This document shows, in pieces, positions 52,627 through 64,000 of a stretch of 64,000 bases of DNA. Source of the stretch: Geosiphon pyriformis uo1. Lineage: Eukaryota; Fungi; Glomeromycota. The translations under genes were made by a program, and so were the position numbers. Every line of letters begins with the position of its first letter. Within the stretch, counting starts at the first letter, position 1. The DNA lies in the NCBI GenBank assembly GCA_016748015.1, contig JAAOMT010000664.1, positions 504,715 through 568,714 of the forward strand. The letters run 5' to 3'. Under the pieces are notes generated by a model. It was not told the origin of the DNA and searched no databases. It saw only the letters and a program-made list of their open reading frames with translations.

Positions 52627-55600
52627 GTAACGACCACACCAAACACAACAACTCTAGAGTATTATCAGTCAATTTACACCCATTGCAAGCAGAGATTCAA
52701 CATCCCAGACGGAATTGAAATTGTTGAAAGAACACTCTACCAATATATTAAAAACCATATCAACAATTATCTTCTTAGAAATTACAACATTTCAGAAGTA
52801 AGAAACAACCTCTACAATAATCTAGTACACTATTCACAATTGGGAACTAAAGACCTTAATAGTGAAACACTTACCACTTACTTTCAAGAACTCAATTACA
52901 ACATTATTAAGTATTGTGAAAAAAAATACTCAGTACAGTCTAAATACTCTTTTGACTTTAAATCAGAAACAGAAACAGGCAACAAAGGCAAAAAAAAAGT
53001 GAAACAACACTCAAAAACCGCTCCAATACTACCAAAAACAACTGCCAAACACTTGCAAACATCTGAACAAGGAACCAGTATCAAATTACCACTTTCTATC
53101 ACACCATTTTCAATTTCACTTGCTTGACCACAAACACCAAATTCACCACTTAACTGTTTCTCCAGACCAGAAAATTTTCAGTCACCTAGAAATCCTACTC
53201 AACAGCAGGAATCTATATCAACAAGCACCAATATTATTGAATACTAGCAGAAAAACGAAAGTAATCATTCAGAAAATTTGGAAAGTAAAGAAACTGAATC
53301 AGAATAAGAAGAAGTCACAGAAAATGAAGAGGAAATGGCAACTGCTTATATTGCAAAGATTCCAGAATTCACGGGTGAAGATAATGATACCAGTCTTCAA
53401 GAATGGCTCAACAAAGTTCAAAAAACAGGAGATGCAAATGGTTGGATTGCAGCAAGAATGCTTAAAGCAATTCCTTACTTTCTCCAAGAAACAGCAGAAG
53501 AATAGTTTGAAAATTTAAAAGAATCATTTAAAAACTGGCAAGCATTCAAAAATGCTTTTCTACAACAATTCACTAACAACAATACCTCTATCACTCTCAG
53601 AAACCACTTTTGCAATATCAAACAAGAAACATCTGAAACTGTTATGACCTATCTTAAAAGATTTAACAAACTTCTCAAATGAATCCAACAATTGGAAACC
53701 AATGACTACTATTCTGATGCTCAAATTCTGGATCAGTTTATAGCAAGGTTAAAAGACAAACTGATTAAGAAAGTCTGTCCACATGCTCCAGCAGACTTAG
53801 CAACTGCTATTAGACACGCAAAAAGCTATGAAATGGCAATGAAAAAAGCAAATCACACCAAGCTTGTAAACCTGGCAATTGGAGAAACCAGCTCAGCAGC
53901 TGAAAAGAAAATAGACCAATTCACAAAAAAGGTTGAAAGCTACTTCACAAACCAACAACAACAGCAATAACAACCACAAAGATATCAACTCCCACAAAAT
54001 GCAACCAAAACAATTTTGGATCACTATCCAACAACCAACCTCAAAATTGTCATTATTGTGGAATTCCAAGACACTAGAAACAAGATTGTAGGAAATTACA
54101 AAGAGACCAACAAAACAGGAGTAATCAATGTTACTCTTTACCATAACAATCTTATTACCAATCTCCACCACCAACCTATTATTCACCAAGACCACAAAAT
54201 CAAAACAGTTACTATCTACCAGCTCCACAACCAATACAGCAACAATATCAGCAATCTTTACCAATTCAGCCATATCAAACACCATCCACTCAACAATATC
54301 AAGTACCAGCAAGAAGATTGGTTCAACATAACCAATTCACATCCCAAAATCAATTGCAGAGTAACAACAACAGAATCAATTCAAATAATCAGTTGGTTCC
54401 CCAAAATTCTGGTCAGCAAAGACCCAATCACTATCACACTTAACCCAGTTATCTTATAATACCAGAGGAATCAGATTTTCAACAAACTGCACTTTCTAAA
54501 GGTAAAGTTGCAGCACCAAGATCAAACTCTTCCAATCACATCATTCCACCAGCTCAAATTGCCCAAAATGCCAATCTGTTAAATATATTTCCATTTGAAT
54601 TTAAAGCAAATAAATCACCATTTCTGCTTAGTAATGCAGCAATCAATAAACAGAAAGCAATTACTGCTATGTACACAGAAGCTACAGTGAAAAAAAAACC
54701 CATTCACTTAATCTTAGATAGTGGATTGGCTGGAAGTATCATCACTTACCAGCTGATGCAACAACTCAAACAAAACATAGACAAACCAGCTCAAACAATT
54801 ATTGTCACAGCTGATGGTATGAAGAAAACTCCAGTAGGAGAAATTGATAATTTCCCCTTTACAATTGATGGAATCATTATTCTAGTTAAAGTTTTTATTA
54901 TGGATGCACCCCAATACCAAGCTTTAGTCGGAAATGATTGGCTTCTCAAGACCAATGCAAACCTGAACTGGGAAACTCAAGAACTTACAATCTCATACCA
55001 AGGACAATATACCATAGTATTTGCAATCTGTGGTACTTTTAACAAATAATTAGAAAAAGCTCCAGTATTTGAATTTGAAAAAGAGAAGAAAATGCCACTC
55101 ACTAAAACCTACATGGTTCTTGGATCACCATTCAATTGGGCTGAAAAAACAGAACAAAAGATTTTTAAAGAATCAAAAGGATAGAAGAAAGTTAGATATT
55201 CCACACCAAAACCACAAAAAAAACCACCATACATTCCACTAAAATGCAAAAATTGCAAAAAAAAGCTTTCATCTATGGGAGCCTGTATTTTTTCAAAAGA
55301 AAATACAAAACTCGCACTTGTTACTTCTGCAAGGCATGCCATAGAGAACAATTTGGATCCCCAAAGAGAAGTGGAAAATGGGACAAAACTCCTTGCCTTA
55401 CTTGTGGAGAAAGGCTACCAAAAGAATGCAATTGGATTGATGTAGCAATGAAAAGAAGAGTATATAATCAGACCTGTCAATATGTTCTATCAATTTTGGA
55501 AAAAGTCAGAAAAGGAACACCATTTGATGCAGCATACAACAGTGCTCTCAATAAACTTTACCATTACCCTCATAATGCTGAAATGATTTTTGACCTAGCA

Positions 55601-58229
55601 ATGGCATTGATCAATAAAGCTACCCAAAAAGATGTCCACCAAATGAAAGAAGCTGAATACATTGAGTATACCATAAAATTAGCTAGATTTGATTATAAAG
55701 ATAAAATAGAAACCTACCACCAAATTGCAAGCTACACATATCTGACCAAAGAAGCTCAAATTCAATGATTAGAACAAATGAACATTTAATTATGTGAAGA
55801 ATGTGTTATGCCTTGTGATGACCAATGGTGTTTAGAATATTATGCTCTTAGCATTTCTCTGCCAGATGAGAATGATGAAAATAAAATCGAATTTAGAATA
55901 TCTGAACTAGTAGAAAAACTACCAACCACCCCTATCTATCTTCTTGAAAAGCAACCACCTCTACAACTTAAATATTTTGACAACCATGGCCAAGAAATCA
56001 GACCAGAAAAAGCACACGAAATTGATGCTGGATATGATCTAAGATACCCAGGAAAAGATACTTTGGTTCTCCAACCAAAGTTCTTGACAAAAATCAATCT
56101 CAAAATTGCTCTTGAAATTCCACCAGGAGTAATGGTTCAGATTATCATTGGCAAGCAAAAAAATCAATATTAGAGGAGGAGTTATAGATGCAGGATACAC
56201 TGGAAACATTACTATTATGTTACAGAATGAGACAGACAAATCATTCAAAATTGAACATGCTGAAAAAATTGCTCAAGCAATTTACTTACTATTAATTAAC
56301 ATTTCGGGTTTACAATCAGTAAACAACAGAGAACAATTGGGAAAAAGTGAAAGAAGAACTTAAGATTTTGGTTCAACTGAACGATTTACAGTTCTAGTAA
56401 ACATAGCTCTTAATACATAAAATAAATCTTACCAGATTCTTCAATTTTCCCAGTCAATTACCATTTCACCTTTTGAAGAACATCACGAAATTTACACTTG
56501 CTCAAAACCCACTACTACTCAACAAATCTTTGAATCCAATAAACAAATCTGTTTGAAGCATGAAATCTCAATTCCAAATGTTTATATTTCCAAAGGAATG
56601 AAAAAATTTTGAATTATATTCTATAATCCCAATAATTACCCTATTGTCTTATTAAACAAACTAGAGATTGGAATCATACACAGCAATATTTTTCAAAATG
56701 AAAACCCTCAAATTGTCTCTAATTTCATCAAAATTGTAAGACACACTCTACTCCCAAATCCAAATATCATTTCCACTACTGAAAACTACCACTTTTTGGA
56801 AGAAAAACTCTCTCGAATTAACATGGGTCTCTTAGAACCTCAACAACAAAGACAATTGAAACAATTGATAGCTGAATTTGCAGATATATTTGCAAAAGAC
56901 AACAATGACCTGGGAAAAACGGATATTGTTCAACATCAGATCCATACAAGAGATGCTCCACCAAAACATTAGCAAGCTTACAGAATGCCACCTGCCAGTT
57001 ACCAATTCATTAGAGAAGAAGTCCAAAGAATGCTCAATAATAGATTAATTCAACCATTAAGAAGTCCTTGGGCCTTACCAGTAGTCTTTGTCAAAAAAAA
57101 AAATGGAAAAATCAGATTTTGTGTTAACTATTGCCAATTGAACAGTGTGACAATTGGAGATGTCTATCCTCTTTCAAGAATTGATAACATGTTAGATGCT
57201 CTAGGAAAAGCCAAGTTCTTCTCAACTTTAGACTTGGAAAGTGGATACTGGCAAGTCGAAATGGACCCAAAAGATAGACCCAAAACAGCATTTACCACCC
57301 AGGGAGGAAACTATAAGTTTAATGTTATGCCTTTTGGACTCTGCAATGCACCAACAACATTCCAACGACTTATGGATGTTGTATATGAAGGACTCTTATA
57401 ACAATCAGTAGTTGTTTACCTTAATGACATTGATGTGTACTCACCAAGCTTTGAAGTTCACCTCATTCATCTGCAAAAAGTTTTTCAATGATTATGGAAA
57501 GCAAGATTAAAGTTAAACATTGAAAAATGTCACTTTGGAAAAACAAGCTTGATCTTTCTTGGACACATAATTAGTAAAGATGGAGTCAAACCAAATCCAG
57601 GAACAATCAGTGCTGTCAAAAACTTTCAAACTCCCAGAAATACCACAGAACTATGAGGATTTGTAGGATTAGCCTCTTACTATCAAAAATTTATAAAAGG
57701 ATTCTCAGAAATTGCCAAACCACTCAATTATTTTACCAACAAAAACATATCATACAAATGGACTGAAGAACAACAAAAAGCTTTTGAAATTCTCAAAACA
57801 AAATTGACAACAGCCCCAGTTTTTGCTTACTCAGACTTGAACAAACAGTTCCAATTAGCCACTGATGCTTCACACATAGCATTTGGTGCTATCTTATTAC
57901 AATTAGATGAAAATGGGCAAGAACAAGTTATCGCCTATGCTAGTAGAACACTCAAACCAACAGAACTAAAATACGGCTCAACTGAATTAAAAGCTGCTGC
58001 AGTCATTTGGGCTCTTAAACATTTTCAACAATATCTGAAAAATGGAAAAGAATTTGACATAATAATTGACAATATTGGTCTCAAATGGCTCAATAAAATG
58101 AAAACTGAACAAAGTGCCAAACAGTCTCAATGGAATGACTTCTTAGCAGACTACAAATATATTGTACACCACAAACCAGGAAAAATACACACTAATATTG
58201 ACAGCCTCTTAAGGATGAGACAATATTAA
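52627..58229 (+). pseudogene. B2 gag-pol (N-extension, capsid, CCHC, PR, Cys-rich, dUTPase, RT, RNase H)
   Basis: MATAYIAKIPEF (53335); LILDSGLAGSII; DAGYDL/GGVIDAGYTG; SPWALP...MPFGLCNAP; ATDASH...YASR; stop after MRQY. Confidence 0.93.
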
Positions 58230-58285
58230 TACCAACATCAACACCAACAAACTTAATAGCAGAACAAACAACAAAATCAACAACA

Positions 58286-59671
58286 ATGGATCCAGAAAAC
58301 TACAACAACATCAAAAACTATTTGGAGACTCTCACCATGCCAGAAAATTGGTCTCCAAGTAAAAAACATCGATTACAATATCAATTCAAACAATATTTTA
58401 TACACCACAACAAAATCTATTACAAAAATTGTAAAAACCCAAACCAATTACTTAGATTAGTACAGGAAAATAAAAAAGAAACAATTCTATACAACATGCA
58501 CACAGACTTTTCTTTAGCACACTTGGGAAGAAATGGAACAATTCAAAGAACTCTTGAACATTATTTTTGGCCTCACATGCAAAAAGACATTTGACAATAT
58601 GTAGAATTTTGTAATAGTTGTCAAAGAAGAGGAGGAACTCGCCCCATAGAACCTTTAAATCCAATCAAAGTTAGACAACCTTTTGACAGAGTTGGAATTG
58701 ATTTAGTCGGACCATTACCTATCACAACCCAAGGAAATTGCTATATTGCAGTAACAGTAGATTATCTTACCAAATGGTCTGAAGCTAGAGCCATCCAAAG
58801 AGCAGATGCAAAATCAGTAGCAAATTTCATCTATGAAGACATTATTTGTAGACATAGATGCCCAATTGAACTTTTATTTGATCAAGAAACACATTTTGTG
58901 AACAACTTGATACAAAAAATTTGTGAATAGTTCAATGTTAAAAGACTTCTATCATCACTTTATTACTCTCAAACAAATGAACTTGTAGAACGTTTCAACA
59001 GAACATTGTGTGAATCTCTAGCCAAAGTCTCTACAGACTTTGAGCAGGAATGAGATATCTTTATTCCATCAGTGTTACTAGCATACAGAATGCTAAAACA
59101 AGATACTACAAAACATATACCATTTGATCTTACTTATGGAAGGACAGCAACATTACCAATTAATTTCACAGTGGAAACATACCCAGTGCAACCAATCAAT
59201 GAAGAAAACTTTCAAGAAACACTTCAAAGAAGGGCCTACACTCTTCTTAGTACACTGGAAGAAAAAAAAAGAATAGTAGCAATTCATATTGAACATTCCT
59301 AAGCTCAACAAAAAAAAAGACATGACAACAAATTACCACTTATTACCAACAAATTTAAAGTTGGAAATAAAGTTCTCTTACACAGAACTAAGGCTGAAAA
59401 ACAATGGAGTGAAAAATTTGAAAACAAATGGAATGGACCATTTTATATTCACAAAATTCTAGACAATAGATTATACAAGTTAAAACTTGATGACAAAATA
59501 CTAGCAAAAGTTGCACATGGAGACAGATTAAAACACTATCATTCCAAAAACAATCCTGAACCATTAATTCTACAAATTGGTACACATTCTCCTTTAATTA
59601 ATCCTGAAGATATTCCCCAAAATTTAGAACCAATAATTATAATAGAACAACAACCAAATTTAAATACTTAA
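58286..59671 (+). pseudogene. B2 integrase, separate ATG-initiated ORF
   Basis: MDPENY...; H...AHLG...YFWP...CNSC; VGIDLVGP; LVERFN; WNGPFYI; no chromodomain. Confidence 0.92.
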
Positions 59672-59825
59672 TTCAACATAATTTTACAATAATCTTTAAT
59701 AACACACAAAAGACAAAAATAATAAATAATTACAAAACACCCAAAACCCAAAAACAAATAACCAGATCCAAAAAATAAAAATATTTTTTTTTATTCTCTT
59801 TTTTCACTAATTAGTCAATTTTATC

Positions 59826-60530
59826 ATGATTATTCCCCGAAATATTCAACAAATATTCCAAAAATTAATGTTAGCCTTGAAAACACTTTCTGACTTATCT
59901 ATAATGATTAATGGAAGTCAAATCAATTACATTCAGAAAAAAACCACAGCCCCAGTAATAAATAATTCTCAGAACTACCACTCCTATAAAAGAAAAACAA
60001 GAAGTCACTCTGAGAATAGGTTACCAAAACTTTTGAAGCAGGCACTAAAAAAAAACTTTTTATCTGCCCCTATTGACATTCCACCAAATGTCACAATATA
60101 ACAAAAACTTTTACTATTACTTAATGAACAGAACAATGAACATATCATATTTAAATATTTCTGCATTGGAAAAACACTTTATAAACAAAAACTAGAACTT
60201 AAAGCAACAAATACCACCCCAAAAGCCATACAAAAACAAATTCACAATGAATTCAAGACAGCAGCTGGATTAACAAACACTTACTACAAACTTAGAGCAG
60301 CTCTTAGATTCTATGACTTGTTTAATACTTGTGAAAATGTCCTACAAAGCCCAATACTTTAACCATTGAAAATACAATACATTGGAAAGCTCACAAAACT
60401 GAAATTTCAACAATTTTCAAAGCAAATCATTTCAATCATCTTGGACCACTATTTTGATATTACAGATAGTGCTTGAACTTCGACAGAGTTCAGTCTTGAA
60501 GAGGAGATTATGTTACCAGTAGAATTTTAG
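59826..60530 (+). pseudogene. B2 ORF3 (~234 codons), overlapping the PPT and start of the 3' LTR
   Basis: One frame from ATG 59826 to TAG 60528-30 with three transition-type internal stops (60099, ~60360, 60474). The C-terminal half is homologous to B1 ORF 13444-13650. Confidence 0.75.
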
Positions 60531-63500
60531 CTATTAATTAGCATGAAATTACCCTTATAATTTCTATAATTAATTAGTATATTAATATCATTTCAAATTA
60601 TCATTTATTATTTAATCAATTATCACATATCACGATTCAATTAAAATAATCTAATTAATATAACAGAAAGTAGGATGATCAAATTACACAATACTCTGAA
60701 CTTTGTAACATTCTAAAATTCGCCGAAATTATGAATAGTTCACCCAAATTAATCAATAGTTCAGTAAAATAACTTGTAGTTCATTAAAATGTATTTTTAG
60801 TTTGCCGAAATTTGAGCAAAGAGAAAAAGTGTAAGTTCATAGACTAGTACTACAACAAGTTGTATAAAAGAAGAGCTTTTTTCTTCAAGAAAATGTATCT
60901 TACTTTAGATTTATTACTTAGAACCATTTCTATACACACAAGAAGAAATAAAATATCAAATAATTCGAAAAACCAAATTCTTTAATTATTGCACTTGGAA
61001 AATCTCAAAAACCCCACTACCAATTTCAGTAAACTGTTAGTAACTCCAGGTCTGGATAGAAAACGTTTCCTTTGATAAAATTCTATTTCTTTTACATTTC
61101 TTTTATTTTTATTTTTTTTTCTTATTATAATCATTAGGATAGCCTACAGACAAAATTCTTGTAGAAGAGTTGACTTTCACAGCAAAGTAACTACACATTT
61201 TTAGTGAGCTTCTAGATGAGCAATTTCTGGGAAAAAGTTGACATTTACTACAACATAACTACATAAAATAACTGGCAAGAAATTGGTTATTCCACTTATA
61301 AGCCCAATAGTTCAAATTATAGGAGATAATTTGAAGATAAATTTAGTTATTGAAAATTCAACTACTTCTAGAAAACATAAATTTGCAACCAACAGACAGT
61401 TACAACATTTAAGAAAAGAGACCAAAAACCTCCAGTAACAATGTACATAATACTGATGCTAAGTTTGATCTGAGATATCTAGGAAAGAACGCCATCAAAT
61501 TAGAACCACACTCGCACATATACATTGATCTCAAAATAGCATTAGAAATCCCAGCAACAACAATGATTCAACTAGCATCTAGGAGTAGTTTAGCAAAAAA
61601 AGGAATTAACATTGGAGGAGGAATAATTAATACAAGATATGTAGAAAATATCATTGCAATACTACAAAACAATTTAGAAAAAATCTATGTCATAGAGCCA
61701 AACAAAAAGATAGCACAGACAATATTCTTGCCTCTGGTAAAAATAGCTTAATTAGTATCAGTGGAAAACAGAAAAGAGTTAGAGATTACAGCTAGAGAAA
61801 TACAAGAATTTGGATCAACAGATAGAATAAATATACTAGTTAATATGGCAAAGGAAAAATTTATTGGCAAGAGAAAAACTATCTTTACTCATCAACCAAT
61901 TTTCATTCTACCATATGACCAGTACATGGTAGTCATAGAAAGGAAAGTAAAAAATCAGGTCCAAATTTTTGAGACAGAAGCAACACTTTGCGAATTAGGA
62001 GAAACTGGTTTAGTCAACTTATACATATCAGCAAAGAACCACAGTTACATCAAAATCTCCATTTACAACAACACAGAAGATATCATTGAGATACTGGCAG
62101 GAACCACCATCAGATACTTGACCACAGAAATTAAAAACCAACTTCTAGACACCATTCCAGACTTTCCACAACTGTGCAAATATGTAGACATTATATTACA
62201 AACAATATACAGACAAGAAAAATGTTATCTGCTTCAACCAGAACAGTTGGAACAGATAAACATGGAAAACTTGGACCCACTTCAACATATGCAGCTCAAA
62301 ATATTGTTCAACAACTTTAATGACATCTTTGCCAGCAAAAATGAATTTGGTAGAATTAACATTATTTAACACCAAATCAAAACTGAAGATGCAATGTCAA
62401 TCAAACAAAAAGCATACAGAGTGTTATCAGCTAGCCATAAGATCATTCATCAGGAAATCAATCAGATGCTTGACAATAGGCTAATTCAGCCATCAATGAA
62501 TCCATGGTCATTACCAGTAGTACTAGTCCATAAGAAGAATGAGAAAATCCACTTTTGTGTAGATTACCAGAAACTGAATGGAATAACAAAAAGAAACAGC
62601 TACCCAACTCCAAAGATCCAAGAACTTTTTGATGTTTTTGGAGAAAAGAAATGGTTTTCAACATTAGACTTAAACAGTGATTACTGACAAGTAGCCATGA
62701 AACCAGAAAACAAAAAGAAAACGGCTTTCACAACTCAAGAAGGAAACTTTGAATTTGAAGTAATACTATTTGGCTTGATGAATGCTTCAGCCACTTTCCA
62801 GTGACTTATGGAAATTGTTTATACTGGGCTACTATGGAAATCAGTAATCGTATACTTAGATAACACCAATGTGTTTTCAAAAATATTTAATGATCATCTG
62901 CATTATCTCTAACAAGTGTTTGAAAGATTAAGAAGAGCCAGACTAAAGCTAAATGTGACCAAATGTTTCTTTGAAAAAACTGAACTTAAGTTTTTGGAGC
63001 ATGTTGTGAACAAAGATGGAATCAAAACAGATCCAGACAAGATTAAGATTGTCAAAAACTTTCCAGTACCAAATAATCTCACAGAATTGAGAGCATTCTT
63101 GGGATTTGCTAGATACTACTACTATTTCATCAAAGACTTTTCCAAAATAGCTCAACCACTATACTAACTTCAAACAAAGAATACCAAATATAAATGGACA
63201 GAAATCCAGCAAGAAGCTTTTAATATATTAAGAAGAAAGCTTATTCAAGTCCCAATATTGATCTATTCGAATTATAGCAAGCCATTCATAATTACAACTG
63301 ATGTATCTGGTCAAGCATTGGGAACAGTATTATCTTAAAAAGAACCCAATGGACAAGAACACTTAGTAGCTTATATCAGTAGAAGCTTAAATCCAGCTGA
63401 AAAAAACTATGAAACTCCAGCACTGGAACACTTAGCCATCTATTGGACTGTTATTAAGTGGAAAGAATACTTGAGTCAAAAGTTTGAGGTGTACACTAAT

Positions 63501-64000
63501 CACAAGGAATTGATTTCAATTCAGAAGCAAGAATTTAGAGACAACTGCCATGCTAGATGGAAAATAGAACTCTTACTATTCAATTATACAGTACATTATA
63601 AAAAAGGAAAAGACAATGGAAATGCTGATGGTTTGTTGTGAATGAGACAAATCTAAAAACATTTCAACCCAAAAATATAACAAAAGATGAATATACAAAA
63701 ATACCAACAACTACAACATTATATAAATACCCAATTGTTCAAGGAGAAATTATCTCAAAAGGAACAAAGAAACATAAAACAACAATCAAAATATTTTATC
63801 AACCATCAAAATATATTTTACCGGAAAAACAGAAGAAATCCAGATCAACCAACCAGAGTAATCACAGAACCAGAAAAAAAACAATATTATTCAACATGCA
63901 CTCAGATCCAACAGCAGAACATTTTCATAAAGAAGCAACTATGGAAAGAACCAGAAAAAAATACTATTGGCCATTAATATATCCAAACATCATACAATAT

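Larger units (their letters stand above)
51609..61440 (+). mobile_element. Full-length family-B Ty3/Gypsy element B2, nested in the dUTPase of E
   Basis: LTRs at 51609-52579 and 60511-61440; TSD ATGC/ATGT; PBS TGGTGCTCTCTCACAGAA (52582); PPT GAAGAGGAGATTA (60498-60510). Removing it restores MPEHAHNTDA in E. Confidence 0.96.
46720..64000 (+). mobile_element. Family-A element E (5' LTR 46720-47587), inserted in gag of C, containing nested B2; runs off the right edge
   Basis: PBS TGGTGCTCTTTGTGAAG at 47590; gag from 47650; PR ~50040; Cys-rich ~50700-51330; dUTPase split at 51608/61445; RT/RH to stop 63654-56; IN from ATG 63687. Left flank is GTAC. Confidence 0.94.

Noticed and set aside
59826-60530. 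env gene or chromodomain at the 3' end of the elements
   Set aside because: No signal peptide, transmembrane helix, furin-type architecture or chromodomain pattern is visible.

Overview
This is very AT-rich eukaryotic DNA with short GT-AG introns. It is most likely fungal; a Glomeromycotina-like genome is my impression and is not verified. Most of the window is a nest of decayed transposons around a ~3.5-kb island (about 24.8-28.3 kb) holding two intact, convergent host genes: a CDKN3/KAP-like Cys-based protein phosphatase (+) and a Nuc1/EndoG nuclease (-). The transposons are a hAT relic, a 605-bp Tc1/mariner deletion derivative, and ten insertions of two related Ty3/Gypsy LTR families, here called A and B. 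Those ten are six family-A elements (G, A1, F, C, D, E), two family-A solo LTRs and two family-B elements (B1, B2). Every copy is pseudogenised by C>T/G>A transitions. Comparing copies by eye reconstructs an unusual, complex-retrovirus-like layout shared by both families: LTR - tRNA PBS - AAA(GTG)-initiated Met-poor N-terminal extension - capsid (own ATG) - CCHC - protease - unknown Cys-rich domain - dUTPase - dUTPase-like domain - RT - RNase H - STOP - separate ATG-initiated integrase (no chromodomain) - non-env ORF3 - PPT - LTR. The elements make 4-bp TSDs, and their U3 regions carry palindrome arrays that appear to be swapped between subfamilies. LTR ends, TSDs and exon junctions were read base by base; internal domain boundaries are approximate.
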